From a virus: a stretch of 64,000 nt of DNA. Position numbers and translations under genes: made by a program. The notes under the pieces are model-generated. The model was not told where the DNA came from, ran no database searches, and saw only the letters and a program-made list of their open reading frames with translations. Positions within the stretch are counted from its first letter, which is position 1. Every line of letters starts with the position of its first letter. Positions 18,603 through 29,106 of the stretch are shown in pieces. The DNA lies in the IMG/VR virus record IMGVR_UViG_3300034111_000335, positions 32,001-96,000 of that record. One strand, written 5' to 3'.

Positions 18603-19109
18603 ATGAACGTACAACTTAACTTAGAAGCACTTAAAGCAAAGGATTGCTCTTACTTGTCTATCCTTGATACATCAGTATACCCATTAGCTCCTGATACTGC
18701 AGAGATTTCTATCTCAGTACCTGGCTATGATAATCCTTTTACTTTCAATTACACTATTGGCGAAGTAAACATATTCAACTCTTATAACTTTGGATTCACT
18801 ACTTCTTCTACCAGTGGCTTTACTGCTTTACCTGATGGCGTTTATACTTTAACTATTACCACTTGTCCTGATACTGGTATCAACACTCGCTACCACTTGA
18901 GGACTTGTAAGATTGATTGTCGTCTTGGAGTACAGTGGGCTAAGTATGTAGACTGCTGTGATGACGAGAAGACTCTTATTTACTTGGACAAAATTGAGTT
19001 TTTGCTTAAGGGTGCTGAAGCACATGCTGATTTATGCAACCCTGCAAAAGCTACTGAATTATATAGAAAAGCCGATGACTTACTCAGAAGACTTGAGTCT
19101 GACTGTTAA
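18603..19109 (+). CDS. Cys-rich virion structural protein (tail hub/adaptor-like)
   Basis: Ig-like segment LPDGVYTLTI plus a helical Cys-rich C-terminus; lies in the structural module. Confidence 0.55.
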   Translation: MNVQLNLEALKAKDCSYLSILDTSVYPLAPDTAEISISVPGYDNPFTFNYTIGEVNIFNSYNFGFTTSSTSGFTALPDGVYTLTITTCPDTGINTRYHLRTCKIDCRLGVQWAKYVDCCDDEKTLIYLDKIEFLLKGAEAHADLCNPAKATELYRKADDLLRRLESDC

Positions 19110-19263
19110 GAAGAAACTTGCTCATGCTGCTTACAAAGAGTTACAGCATATGAAGTACTTAACAAAACCCTATTATAAAAAGTCTAAAGCATTAGCACGC
19201 TTCTTGAAGTATGCTGAATGCATAGACTGCGATACAAAAGCAACTCTGAAAATTAAACTTTAA
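19075..19263 (+). CDS. Small basic protein with CxxC
   Basis: In-frame ATG 19075 within ORF 18958..19263 reduces overlap with the upstream gene; ECIDCD. Confidence 0.5.
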   Translation: MTYSEDLSLTVKKKLAHAAYKELQHMKYLTKPYYKKSKALARFLKYAECIDCDTKATLKIKL

Positions 19264-19267
19264 AACA

Positions 19268-19798
19268 ATGACTAACTGCTGCCCTAATAACAACTGCGTA
19301 GAAATCGTTCCTTCTGGGTGCGTAAAGTATACAGGTACTCCTACTCCAGGAGGTCTGATTGATTCTTTTTCTTCTTGTGACCATCCTTATTTAAATGACT
19401 TACTTAAGTTATTAGATGATAAAGTAGTTAATATAGATACTCGTGTAGGATTAAATAAAACTGCATTTGATGCAGCTAACACTGCATGTGGAACTACTTC
19501 AGTAATTTCGACAGTAGGCCTTACAGTAACAGATGATAAATATTATTCTGCTGAGGTAGTACTTAAACTTGTAGGAGTTATTTGTGAGTTGCGTTCTCGT
19601 TTAAACTATTTGTCTGCAGAAAACATCAATACTAATAACGGAAACTTACATTGGGAAGATCTTCCATTAAGTCCTGATTTTCTTGCTTATATAAGAACTA
19701 AATGCTTAGGAGATGATCCTTGTGGTACTGGAGTACCTACTACCCTTGGAGGAGTTCTTAGAGCTATCATTAATAAACTTTGTACTTGCTGCCCATAA
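19268..19798 (+). CDS. Cys-rich fibre-associated protein
   Basis: MTNCCPNNNC...GCVKYTG...AIINKLCTCCP; shares C[VI]xY[TS]G with the next gene. Confidence 0.6.
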   Translation: MTNCCPNNNCVEIVPSGCVKYTGTPTPGGLIDSFSSCDHPYLNDLLKLLDDKVVNIDTRVGLNKTAFDAANTACGTTSVISTVGLTVTDDKYYSAEVVLKLVGVICELRSRLNYLSAENINTNNGNLHWEDLPLSPDFLAYIRTKCLGDDPCGTGVPTTLGGVLRAIINKLCTCCP

Positions 19799-19800
19799 CT

Positions 19801-21480
19801 ATGTCTACTTGTCTTGATTGTTTCGGAACACATATATCAACTACACCTTGCACTTCTGTAGGATGTTTGTCAACTAACTACGCTAAATGTATTACCTATT
19901 CTGGGTTGCCTTTAGCTTGCGGCACAGGAGCTATTTCAACTGTAAGTAAAGCAGGTTTAGCTTTAAGTCCTACAGTTATTACCGAATACACTGTATCTCC
20001 TACAGGAGGATCAGGTTCGGGTGCATCTGTTAAAGTTACTCGTACTCCAGGTTCTAATGTTTATACAGTTACTTTACTCAACGGTGGGTCTGGATACACA
20101 GTAGGAAACTTCTTAACTGTGTTAGGAACTTCATTAGGTGGAGCTACTCCTGCAAATGATTTGACTTTGCAAGTAACTACTCTTGCAGCTATCATTGCAA
20201 CAGGAACTGACTTAGATGTAGTTGTATCTAATCTTCACCAACGTATCTGTAACTTAACAGCTTCTGGCTTAGATTACTCAGCATATAGCTATGGTTGCTT
20301 ACGTTTAGGCGGTAACTTAGATAGTATTGGTACGCCTATTACTAGTGCTCAAGGATTTGTAGAATCAGTTGCTGCAGCTCTTTGTTCTGTAGACAATAGA
20401 GTAGTTGCTTTAGAAGTTCCTACTTTTACTGCACCTGGTTGTATTTCTGTAACTTCTGGCGTATCTACTTTAAGTCAAATCTTAACTGCTTACGGATCTA
20501 AGATCTGTACTATCAATACTAATGTAGATATGACAGGTGTATTGGGTAATCCTTGTATAGCTTATTCTTTCACTACTAAGCCTACTACTGCTGTAGTTTC
20601 AGATTACTTTAACTGGATTACAACTAATATGTGTGGTATGTACGGTGATCTACAAGGCGACTTGGTTACTGTAGGTGCAACTGTAGATAGTTTGAAAGCA
20701 TACATTGCAGGTGTAGGATCTATTCCTACTTCAATTAATACTTCTTGCATTTCTGGAGGTTCTGCTACTAGTACTTTGAGTGCAGCTGCTATCTTGTTTA
20801 CAAGTCAGATTTGTGCAATTAATACTGCTTTAGCTTCTATCCCAGCTACAAACTATGCTTTGACTTGGGCTACCAACTTTGGTTCTACTGCATACTATGG
20901 TTATACTTTTAACTACACCAACACTTCTACTACTTTACAAACTCAATTAAATAGAATAGTAGATACTTTAGGTAGATTAAAACTTAAGTTGAATCCAGCA
21001 CACTTTACTGCTACTAGTGATTCAGATGGTTTGAATATATCTTTAGTTAGTACTGGTGGATCAACTACTCCAAGTTTTGTAAACTTAACTGCAGGAACTT
21101 TAACTAATGCAGTTGTAGTTTCTTCTGCTAGATTCCCTATCGGTAGTTTGCCTAAACTCCAGAAGTATGGTAACGTAGTTACAATCATTGGAAGCTTAGC
21201 TGTAAATGCTACAGGTTCATTTACTTGGACTCACGGTCAATCTTTAACAATCGCAAACATTCCTGCAGGATATGCTCCTCTTTATACTCAAGTCTTTAGT
21301 GTTCTTATTCTTAAGTATGCAACAACTTCTGGTACTCCTTCAACCGCAGTTTATCAAGGTGCATGCTATATGAACGGTACAGACTTAGTAGTAGAGTTAA
21401 ACAATCCCGCAGCTTCAGTGACTTTATCTGGTACAGAGTCTTTAGAGATTTTTGTAGGAGGTAATTCATACGCAGTATAA
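19801..21480 (+). CDS. Tail fibre/spike protein
   Basis: ATG 19801 preferred. T/S/G-rich with repeated helix-Cys units. C-terminal KYGNVVTIIG...IANIPAGYAP receptor-binding-head-like motif. Confidence 0.7.
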   Translation: MSTCLDCFGTHISTTPCTSVGCLSTNYAKCITYSGLPLACGTGAISTVSKAGLALSPTVITEYTVSPTGGSGSGASVKVTRTPGSNVYTVTLLNGGSGYTVGNFLTVLGTSLGGATPANDLTLQVTTLAAIIATGTDLDVVVSNLHQRICNLTASGLDYSAYSYGCLRLGGNLDSIGTPITSAQGFVESVAAALCSVDNRVVALEVPTFTAPGCISVTSGVSTLSQILTAYGSKICTINTNVDMTGVLGNPCIAYSFTTKPTTAVVSDYFNWITTNMCGMYGDLQGDLVTVGATVDSLKAYIAGVGSIPTSINTSCISGGSATSTLSAAAILFTSQICAINTALASIPATNYALTWATNFGSTAYYGYTFNYTNTSTTLQTQLNRIVDTLGRLKLKLNPAHFTATSDSDGLNISLVSTGGSTTPSFVNLTAGTLTNAVVVSSARFPIGSLPKLQKYGNVVTIIGSLAVNATGSFTWTHGQSLTIANIPAGYAPLYTQVFSVLILKYATTSGTPSTAVYQGACYMNGTDLVVELNNPAASVTLSGTESLEIFVGGNSYAV

Positions 21481-21490
21481 TAAAAATCTT

Positions 21491-21559
21491 GGCAGGGTTT
21501 TTTTGGTTGGTTTTCCTGTCATCTTGCTAGTAGGAGCCTGCGAAAGTGGGCTCTTCTAG
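21491..21559 (+). terminator. Tandem hairpins after the fibre gene
   Basis: ggcaggg...tcctgtc (21491-520) and aggagcctgc-GAAA-gtgggctctt (21532-555) with GNRA loop and G-U pairs. Confidence 0.55.
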
Positions 21560-21573
21560 TTCTTAAATAAACA

Positions 21574-21605
21574 CTTGACTTAAAGTTAAAATTAATTTAT
21601 ATTTG
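21574..21605 (+). promoter_or_regulatory. Promoter CTTG-N20-TATATTTG for the tail operon
   Basis: TTG 21575-77 and TATATTTG 21598-605. Confidence 0.8.
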
Positions 21606-21639
21606 TAATAAGCCTTAAATTAACCCAAACTATATACTA

Positions 21640-22281
21640 ATGTATACTAACTCAGACTTAATCGCTAGGGTAAAGAGCGCTAACAAGTTCATCAGTGATG
21701 ATGATATGATTAGTGACCGCTATATTTACGGCTTATTAAAAACTAAAGCGTCTACACTATTACGTAGAGAAATCAACTTACGAAGACTTCTTACTTCAGA
21801 TAATGTGTATCAAGCATATGAGTGTTTACATTTAATTGAGGCTCCTGGTTCTGAATGTGATCTTAACTGTCCTATACGTAGAAGCAAAAACAAACTACCA
21901 AAGATAGATGAGGGGTTGTATTCGTACTTTATTCAGGGGGTGTTCAACACTTCTAACTCGCAGGAACTTTTTCCTACTACTATTAGAGATTTTATTAATC
22001 ATAATTCTTTACGTTTTAAGACCCCTAAAAAGTACTATACTATCCGCAATGGATATCTTTACGTTTTAGATCCAGATGTAGAGTGTGTGAATATGTACGC
22101 TTACTTTACTGAGTCTATCGAAGATCTTGATGGTACACAGTGTATGAGTATGTATGATAAACAATTTAAGTTTCCTGGCTACTTGCTAGATACTTTGATT
22201 GAAATGTGTAATCAGTCTTTAATCAACTATCATAAGTTGCCTTACGAGACTGAGGACAACAACAGGGATGAACCCAACTAA
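21640..22281 (+). CDS. Tail ring/adaptor protein
   Basis: DDDMISDRYI...KYYTIRNGYLYV...FKFPGYL pattern; synteny. Confidence 0.6.
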   Translation: MYTNSDLIARVKSANKFISDDDMISDRYIYGLLKTKASTLLRREINLRRLLTSDNVYQAYECLHLIEAPGSECDLNCPIRRSKNKLPKIDEGLYSYFIQGVFNTSNSQELFPTTIRDFINHNSLRFKTPKKYYTIRNGYLYVLDPDVECVNMYAYFTESIEDLDGTQCMSMYDKQFKFPGYLLDTLIEMCNQSLINYHKLPYETEDNNRDEPN

Positions 22282-22283
22282 TT

Positions 22284-22772
22284 ATGTCGAAAGACTTTAT
22301 AAAACCAAACCCAAGAAAACAAGTTAGGAAAAAAGAGAAAGATACAACTTCGGATACGAACTATCTTTCCCTTAGAGCCTATCATCTGTTCTTAAAAGAA
22401 ACTAAACGCAAAGACATTACCTATAAGCAGTTTTGTGGCATTCCTAAAAAGATTCACATTAAACTTATAGAGAGGTTATTACGTGGAAGATACTCACTGC
22501 GGTTTCCAAACTTCGGATCAATTAAAATTGTAAAGACTGAAAATGCGATTAAAGAAGGTAAACATACAATTATTAACTGGAAGCTCTACAATGAAACTGG
22601 CATCAAAGTGCCTTATAGAAATTCACATACCGATGGTGCAGTCTATAAATTTCATTTGTATCCATATTCTAAACGAATAGTTGAGTTTGGTTTCTACGAT
22701 CTAAGAATGTCTAACAGACATAAGACAGCCTTAGCTCAAGCAATCAAAGACAACAAACTAAATATAAGGTAA
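22284..22772 (+). CDS. IHF/HU-like protein of the crAss-like tail module
   Basis: Basic; LRFPNFGSIKIVK, INWK and YRNSHTDG; lies before the tail tubular gene. Confidence 0.65.
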   Translation: MSKDFIKPNPRKQVRKKEKDTTSDTNYLSLRAYHLFLKETKRKDITYKQFCGIPKKIHIKLIERLLRGRYSLRFPNFGSIKIVKTENAIKEGKHTIINWKLYNETGIKVPYRNSHTDGAVYKFHLYPYSKRIVEFGFYDLRMSNRHKTALAQAIKDNKLNIR

Positions 22773-22783
22773 ACTAAAATAAA

Positions 22784-23626
22784 ATGAAATACGATAACAC
22801 TAACTTTATTTCCTCTGAGCCTTTAGTTGCTGAAGTAAAGCAAGAGCTCAAGTCGTACTTTGAAGCTGGTGCTATCAGTGAGGTTCTTATTCCTACTTTC
22901 ATTGATCAGGCTTTACGCAAACTTCGTGTAATGGTATTGAAGCCTGAAGAAGCCGTACTTACTTTCTCTAATTATAAATCTGAATTACCCTGTGACTTTT
23001 CTTTGTTAGACTATGCTTTGATTTACGAAGCAGATGTACAATGGACTTCAGGTGTTAATTCTATGCAGGGATACTGGTGGCAGAATCTAGAATGTACTGG
23101 AGGTTGTGATGCAGGAGACTGTGTCAAGCAAGAAAACTATTACGAGACTATCAGTGTACCTACACCCGGTTTTAAGATTACTATGCAACACCCTAAGATG
23201 CTTAGAGTGTATCATGGTTCTAAGACTATGTGTATTGAGGGTTGTGAAAACCTCAATGTGTCGTCAGCTGATGTATTACAAATTTATCCAAATAAAACAG
23301 TTAGTGCAACGTTTGAAACAGGTTGTGTTTTCCTTAGATATTACTCACGTCCAATGGACGATGATAACATACCTATGGTGCCAGAAATTCTTGAGGTTGA
23401 AGAGTATGTCAAGTCTTATCTTAAGTTTAAATTTTTTGAGCAGCTTTGGCATTCAGTAGTAGACGAAAGTCAACGTCAAGTAGAGTCTAAGTTTCAGTAC
23501 TACAGACAAGATCAATTAAATAAGTTACAGGCTGCTAATGGTTACTTGTTAACCTACACTAAACAGCAGATGGCTGATAACGTAGTCCGTACTAAAAATC
23601 GCTTCACTAAGTTCCATATCTCTTAA
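22784..23626 (+). CDS. Tail tubular / ring protein (P22 gp4-like position)
   Basis: YKSELPCDF and GCVFLRYYSRPMDDDNIPMVPE; directly upstream of the large tail stabilisation gene. Confidence 0.65.
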   Translation: MKYDNTNFISSEPLVAEVKQELKSYFEAGAISEVLIPTFIDQALRKLRVMVLKPEEAVLTFSNYKSELPCDFSLLDYALIYEADVQWTSGVNSMQGYWWQNLECTGGCDAGDCVKQENYYETISVPTPGFKITMQHPKMLRVYHGSKTMCIEGCENLNVSSADVLQIYPNKTVSATFETGCVFLRYYSRPMDDDNIPMVPEILEVEEYVKSYLKFKFFEQLWHSVVDESQRQVESKFQYYRQDQLNKLQAANGYLLTYTKQQMADNVVRTKNRFTKFHIS

Positions 23627-23631
23627 GTTTA

Positions 23632-26600
23632 ATGGATAACAAGATCAATCAGAATGTAGCAGGTTTAAACCTTGATTCGGTTAATTACCAGATCAAGGAG
23701 AACATGATTACGTTTGCTCTAAACGCAAACATTCAGTCTCATGATGGTAACTCTACCACATACACTAATGAACCTTCTAACCAAATCTGTTATGACTTTA
23801 CAACTAGTTATCCTGGCTATAGAATAGTAGGCACACTTAATATTACAGAACAATCTAAGTTAATTGTATTCCTGGCTCATCCTGATGGACGTTCCTTAAT
23901 AGGTGAGATAACTAACTTAAGTAAAGATTGTACTAGTCTTATAGAAACAGAAAAAGATTGTGGATGTATTTCTGGAACTGTTGTTACAAACGTAGTTACA
24001 GAAGATAGTTCTTGTTGTTTGTTTACTCCTTTAGTAGTCGACAACTGTTGTGACTGTACAGACTGCTATAGATATGATGTACAGGCTACAGACAACCAAC
24101 CTTTTACAGTTGTATTTGTAGACTGTAATGGAGTAGAGACAAGTGAGACGTTTCCTTCAGGAATAGGAACTTTTAAAGCAAAACGAAATAGGTTTATTTT
24201 ACCTGTTAATGTAGAGATTTTATATTCAGTTTTAGACTCTCAAGGAATATGTATTCCTAAAAGTGCTCCTTGTTGTTTGGGTTTATCTCCAGACTTTCCT
24301 GTATACTCAGAATACAGAATAGATAACTGTGAGACTAAGGTTTACTTTATTGCTCGTAATATACAACCTCGTTATTTCTCATTAGAAGAACCTTATGGCA
24401 GAGATCAATGTGGAGATGCCATTGACTGTATTACAGACTCTTGTGAACGCTTAAAACTATTTCCAGACTTCTGCCAACCTGATATCTATCCTACTGCGGT
24501 AGACTCAGGAGGAACTTTAAAAGGTGGAGTATATTCTTTCTCTCTTGCTTACGCAGATGAGAATGGTAAAGAACTTACAGACTACGTAGATTTCTCTAAC
24601 CCGATTCCAATCTTTGAGAGGGCTATTACTGAACAGACTGAATACGAAACCTCTCAGTCTATTAGAGTTTCTATAGATCACAGTACAGCAATCTTTGATT
24701 ACTTTAACTTAGTTGTAGCTGAGAACATTAACGAAGTAACTACATACCAGTTGGTAGGTACTTATAGAGTCAACCAATCTACCTACAGAGATTCTTTGGT
24801 TTATACAGGAGATTACTCTTCTACTTTCTCTTCTATTGTTCCTTTGATTCGTAGTCCTCACTACGAGACTGCTGAGATTATTGAAAAGCAGAATGACATT
24901 CTGATGTTAGCTGACTTAGTAGAAACTCCTAAATACAACTTCCAACTATTAGCAAACCAGATTAAACTTCGTTGGGAAACAGTTAAGATGCCTGTAGATA
25001 ATAAGTTTGACTTCTCTAATCCAGAGATTGCTTATTTCTTCCGCACTTATCAAAGAGATGAAGTTTATCCTTTTGGTATTAAGTTTAAACTAAAGAACGG
25101 AAAGTATACAGATGTATTCCACATTCCTGGTAGAGAAGTATTTGTAAACTCTAACGAAGAAGAATTACTTTACTCTTCTAGTAATCCTGATGCTTTTGGT
25201 ACATCTAATGATTGCATTGTAACTACAGCACAACCTAGATGGAAAGTTTACAACACAGCTACTACAGGACTTACTCCTCCAAACAATACTCCTTCTTTGC
25301 AGGAAGTTCAATACTCTTGTAAGATTACTGTTGAAACATCTGGAGAGTTTGCTTACTGGGAGTCCACTGAAACTTACCCTTGTTATGAGGATGTTTGGGG
25401 AACCTTAGCAGGTAAAGCTATACGTCACCACAAGTTTCCTGAGAATGCTAAGTCTCACATCCACGCAGATGGAGATGACTTTATTTATCCTATTGGAGTA
25501 CGTATTTGGAATGAGTCTTTATTCGAAGGCATACTAGACCAAGAAACTGTATACGATCCCTTAAACACTTACGGTAATCACCAGATTCCTGTGAAGGAAC
25601 TTATCTGTGGTTACGAATTGGTAAGAGGTAATCGTGTAAATAACAAATCAGTTGTTGCTAAGGGACTTATCTATGACGTAGGAACTTTTATAAATGCTAA
25701 AACTCAAAAGTCTTACTACTATCCTAACTACCCCTATAACTCTTTAGAGGATGATCCATACATTAAATCTACTCCTGATTGGTATAATAAAGCAGATAGA
25801 GGCATTGAGGAGGATCAGTACGGAATGGAATTGCATAAAGGATTCGATACAATTGGGTCTCGTTATACATTCCACTCCCCTGACACACACTTCCAGTATC
25901 CTAAGATTGGTACAGAACTTAAACTAGAAACTGTAGAATACGGTAAAGTACAAGGACACTTTGTTCCTGTATTAGATCACCCTAAACATAAGTTTTTAAC
26001 CTTAGCTGATTATAGTACTGCTGCAACACTCGCTAATGCATTAGCTCTGGCATTTGAAAGTGATACAGCCGTAGATACTACCGTTCCACCTCCTCCTGGA
26101 GTAAGTACAACTGTTAGTAATAAATCTAAAACAGATGCACTTTCTATTATAACTAACAACCAAGCGTTTATAGACTTAATAGAAAAGTTAATTCCTTTAG
26201 CAAACTTTGCTTATCAGTTTAACTCTGTTGGGGAATATAAAAGATTCTTACCGATTACTACAGTAGGTAATAGAAGAAGATTCTTAGACATTGGACTTTA
26301 CGCTAATGATAAGATTGTAGAACTGAATGATGACAAACCTATTCATAACAGATTAAGAGAGACTTCTGTTTATCTTAAGACAAACGGATCTTTCTCTACA
26401 GAATATGCAAGTATCATAGATAATAGTCGCTATACTATTGGACAAAAAAACTTAGCAAAGGATCCAGAGCAGATAGTAGAATCTGATACTAGAGCTTACT
26501 ATGCTTCTATCAAGAGAGATTTTCCAAATCAGTATGGACAGATAGAAAACATTAGATACGTTTCTACTGGATATTCTTGTTCTGTATACACAGATATCTC

Positions 26601-28713
26601 AGGAACACTTAAGATTAAAACTAAGTACTATCCTGCATTCGGTGGAGACACTTACATTAATAAGTTTGCACTTAAGCGTAAGCACTCTTTCTTTACTCGT
26701 AACTTAGCTAACTTACCAGCTAAAGTAGATAATGTTCCTTTTGATTATTGGCTGTATCCTAACTTAGGATATCCTACTTACTACATTGGAGAGTCTCCTG
26801 AAGATTTAAGTTCAGCAGCAACCGAAGCTTTAATAGCTGGGGTTGCAGCAGCTGCGGCTGCGGCATTAGCTGCAGGAGTTGTTACAGGAGCTTTAGTAGC
26901 AGGCGGTGTTTTAAATGCTGCTCTTACAGGAGTATTAGCTTCAATCTACAGTTTGTTTGTAAAGAAGAATAACTTAGATGCAGATCCTCAACCTTTCTTC
27001 TATCAGAAAGGATTTTTCTACACAGCTTCTTATGGTATTCCAGTATTCTATGTAGAGTCTGACATTAACGTAGACTTACGTCATGGAAGAAATGAATTAG
27101 AAGAAAACTTCTATCCTAACGTAGGAGATGGTATTCCTGATGACTGGTTGCATGAAGTAAACGTACCTATCAAGTTTGATAATTTTTATAGTTACAATGC
27201 TACTTACTCTGCACAGAACTTAAGTCCTAACTTTCCATATAGATTAAAGTACCCTAAATTAGAGTGTTTGTCTATTCACCATAATCGTGTAATTTACTCT
27301 GATCCTGCAAACTCCTCTAACTATCTTTCAGATGCTTGGAGAGTATTCCGTCCAGGTAATTTCTATGACTTCCCTAAGCAAGGAGGACGCTTAATAGATC
27401 TAAATGCAGGAGAGAACGAAAGAGTATATGCTAGGTTTGAAAATACTACTAAGGTTTACAACTCTCGTATTACTTTAAGTACTACTTCTCCTTATCAGTT
27501 GGAGATTGGTAATGCAGAGATGTTCAAACAAAAACCTGTAGAACTTTCTAAAACAGATCTAGGTTACATAGGAACTCAACACAAAGCTTACGTTAAGTGT
27601 GAGTATGGAACATTCTGGGTAGATGCTAAACGTGGGCATATTTATCAGTTAACAAGTGAAGGCTTTAACGAGATTAAGACTGAAAATAACTTTAACTGGT
27701 TTAAGCAAAACCTACCCTTCCAGATTCTTAAAGACATTCCTAATGCAGACATTGACAATCCTCCTATTGGATTAGGTATTGTAATGGGATGGGATGAAAG
27801 ATACGAGAGAGTATTTATTACTAAGTTAGACTATAGAGTTAAGCCTGAGTACAGACCTGGTAACTCATCATTTATCAAATACATTACAGACACATCTGAT
27901 AGCAACTATCGTAAGTATGTTTTGGATAGTGGAAGTATTGAAGTAGAGATTACTTTTGGTGATCCAGCATTCTTCGAGAATAAGTCTTGGACAGTAGCTT
28001 ACTCACCTAAGTTGAAAAACTTTATTTCTTTCTATTCTTTCCTTCCTAACTTCTTTGTTCCCCAATTAGGGCACTTCCAAACTATAATCAATACTTCTAC
28101 AGGAGCATCTACTTGGAATCATAACTTATCTCTTTACAGTTATCAGACTTATTACAATATACTCTATCCTTATATAATCGAGTATAATGTAAACTCTTTC
28201 CCACAAGTATCTACAATCAACTCTGTTACTTTGATGCAGGACATTCAAGAGTACTATTCTGATTACGAGTACTATTCTTTGTCTACTGCTAACAAGAAGA
28301 ACTTAGCAAACTTTACTAAGGCTATCATCTACAACAAAGAACAGTCTTCTGGTATCATTAAGTTGATTCCTGAAGAGTTTGGTAACACAAGACAGAAGAT
28401 TACCTATCCTAGAATGACAGCAACAGGCATAGAAGCTCTTATCTCTCGTAGAGAACACTTGTATACCTTTAATGGATTTTGGAACGTTGCAGCTCAAGGA
28501 AATGGTCAACCTCTATGGTCGACTCAGTGGAGTGACTTAGTTACTCAGTACCCTATAGACAAAGTACCTAATACTAAGAGTGTAAGACCTGTGTCTGTAT
28601 CTTATCAGAAGTCTAAGATTAAGTCTGACTTTGCTAAAGTCAGACTGATTCAGGATCAATACTCTAGATTTAAGTTTATTAACACCATTCAAATAACCCA
28701 AACCAACCCATAA
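23632..28713 (+). CDS. Tail stabilisation / muzzle protein (P22 gp10-like)
   Basis: 1693 aa, beta-rich. GLNLD...ALNA, RTYQRDEVYPFGI, IRHHKFP, FGGDTYI and WTVAYS...FISFYSF motifs typical of the crAss-like family. Confidence 0.8.
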   Translation: MDNKINQNVAGLNLDSVNYQIKENMITFALNANIQSHDGNSTTYTNEPSNQICYDFTTSYPGYRIVGTLNITEQSKLIVFLAHPDGRSLIGEITNLSKDCTSLIETEKDCGCISGTVVTNVVTEDSSCCLFTPLVVDNCCDCTDCYRYDVQATDNQPFTVVFVDCNGVETSETFPSGIGTFKAKRNRFILPVNVEILYSVLDSQGICIPKSAPCCLGLSPDFPVYSEYRIDNCETKVYFIARNIQPRYFSLEEPYGRDQCGDAIDCITDSCERLKLFPDFCQPDIYPTAVDSGGTLKGGVYSFSLAYADENGKELTDYVDFSNPIPIFERAITEQTEYETSQSIRVSIDHSTAIFDYFNLVVAENINEVTTYQLVGTYRVNQSTYRDSLVYTGDYSSTFSSIVPLIRSPHYETAEIIEKQNDILMLADLVETPKYNFQLLANQIKLRWETVKMPVDNKFDFSNPEIAYFFRTYQRDEVYPFGIKFKLKNGKYTDVFHIPGREVFVNSNEEELLYSSSNPDAFGTSNDCIVTTAQPRWKVYNTATTGLTPPNNTPSLQEVQYSCKITVETSGEFAYWESTETYPCYEDVWGTLAGKAIRHHKFPENAKSHIHADGDDFIYPIGVRIWNESLFEGILDQETVYDPLNTYGNHQIPVKELICGYELVRGNRVNNKSVVAKGLIYDVGTFINAKTQKSYYYPNYPYNSLEDDPYIKSTPDWYNKADRGIEEDQYGMELHKGFDTIGSRYTFHSPDTHFQYPKIGTELKLETVEYGKVQGHFVPVLDHPKHKFLTLADYSTAATLANALALAFESDTAVDTTVPPPPGVSTTVSNKSKTDALSIITNNQAFIDLIEKLIPLANFAYQFNSVGEYKRFLPITTVGNRRRFLDIGLYANDKIVELNDDKPIHNRLRETSVYLKTNGSFSTEYASIIDNSRYTIGQKNLAKDPEQIVESDTRAYYASIKRDFPNQYGQIENIRYVSTGYSCSVYTDISGTLKIKTKYYPAFGGDTYINKFALKRKHSFFTRNLANLPAKVDNVPFDYWLYPNLGYPTYYIGESPEDLSSAATEALIAGVAAAAAAALAAGVVTGALVAGGVLNAALTGVLASIYSLFVKKNNLDADPQPFFYQKGFFYTASYGIPVFYVESDINVDLRHGRNELEENFYPNVGDGIPDDWLHEVNVPIKFDNFYSYNATYSAQNLSPNFPYRLKYPKLECLSIHHNRVIYSDPANSSNYLSDAWRVFRPGNFYDFPKQGGRLIDLNAGENERVYARFENTTKVYNSRITLSTTSPYQLEIGNAEMFKQKPVELSKTDLGYIGTQHKAYVKCEYGTFWVDAKRGHIYQLTSEGFNEIKTENNFNWFKQNLPFQILKDIPNADIDNPPIGLGIVMGWDERYERVFITKLDYRVKPEYRPGNSSFIKYITDTSDSNYRKYVLDSGSIEVEITFGDPAFFENKSWTVAYSPKLKNFISFYSFLPNFFVPQLGHFQTIINTSTGASTWNHNLSLYSYQTYYNILYPYIIEYNVNSFPQVSTINSVTLMQDIQEYYSDYEYYSLSTANKKNLANFTKAIIYNKEQSSGIIKLIPEEFGNTRQKITYPRMTATGIEALISRREHLYTFNGFWNVAAQGNGQPLWSTQWSDLVTQYPIDKVPNTKSVRPVSVSYQKSKIKSDFAKVRLIQDQYSRFKFINTIQITQTNP

Positions 28714-28717
28714 TATC

Positions 28718-29098
28718 ATGAAAGAAAAAGAACTCTTTACAACAGTTAAACCCGAAATAGTACTGGGACAGTTATTTCAGTCTAGGGACATCATTCACTT
28801 AGCTCACTTACAAACAACTTCGTTTAGTGAGCACAAAGCTTTAGACGGTTACTACTCAGAAGTAATTGGTCTATTAGATGATTTAGTAGAAGCATACTTC
28901 GGAACTATTGGAAAACGCTTAAACTTTAAAATTCCTGGATCAGAGTATATGAATGCTAAAGCTCATCTTACTTACATGAAAGATTATGTAATGAAGCATC
29001 GTAACGTATTTGGAAACGAAAACACCCACCTACAAAACATCGTAGATGAGATCATTGCTTTGATTACTTCTACCTTATATCAATTGACACTAAACTAA
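28718..29098 (+). CDS. Ferritin-like four-helix bundle protein (DUF5856-like)
   Basis: HLAHLQTTSFSEHKALDGYY...DDLVEAY...LQNIVDEI...YQLTL. Confidence 0.7.
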   Translation: MKEKELFTTVKPEIVLGQLFQSRDIIHLAHLQTTSFSEHKALDGYYSEVIGLLDDLVEAYFGTIGKRLNFKIPGSEYMNAKAHLTYMKDYVMKHRNVFGNENTHLQNIVDEIIALITSTLYQLTLN

Positions 29099-29106
29099 AT
29101 AACTAT

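Noticed and set aside
19801-21480. Diversity-generating retroelement or invertible fibre cassette
   Set aside because: No reverse transcriptase, recombinase or TR/VR duplicate seen in the window
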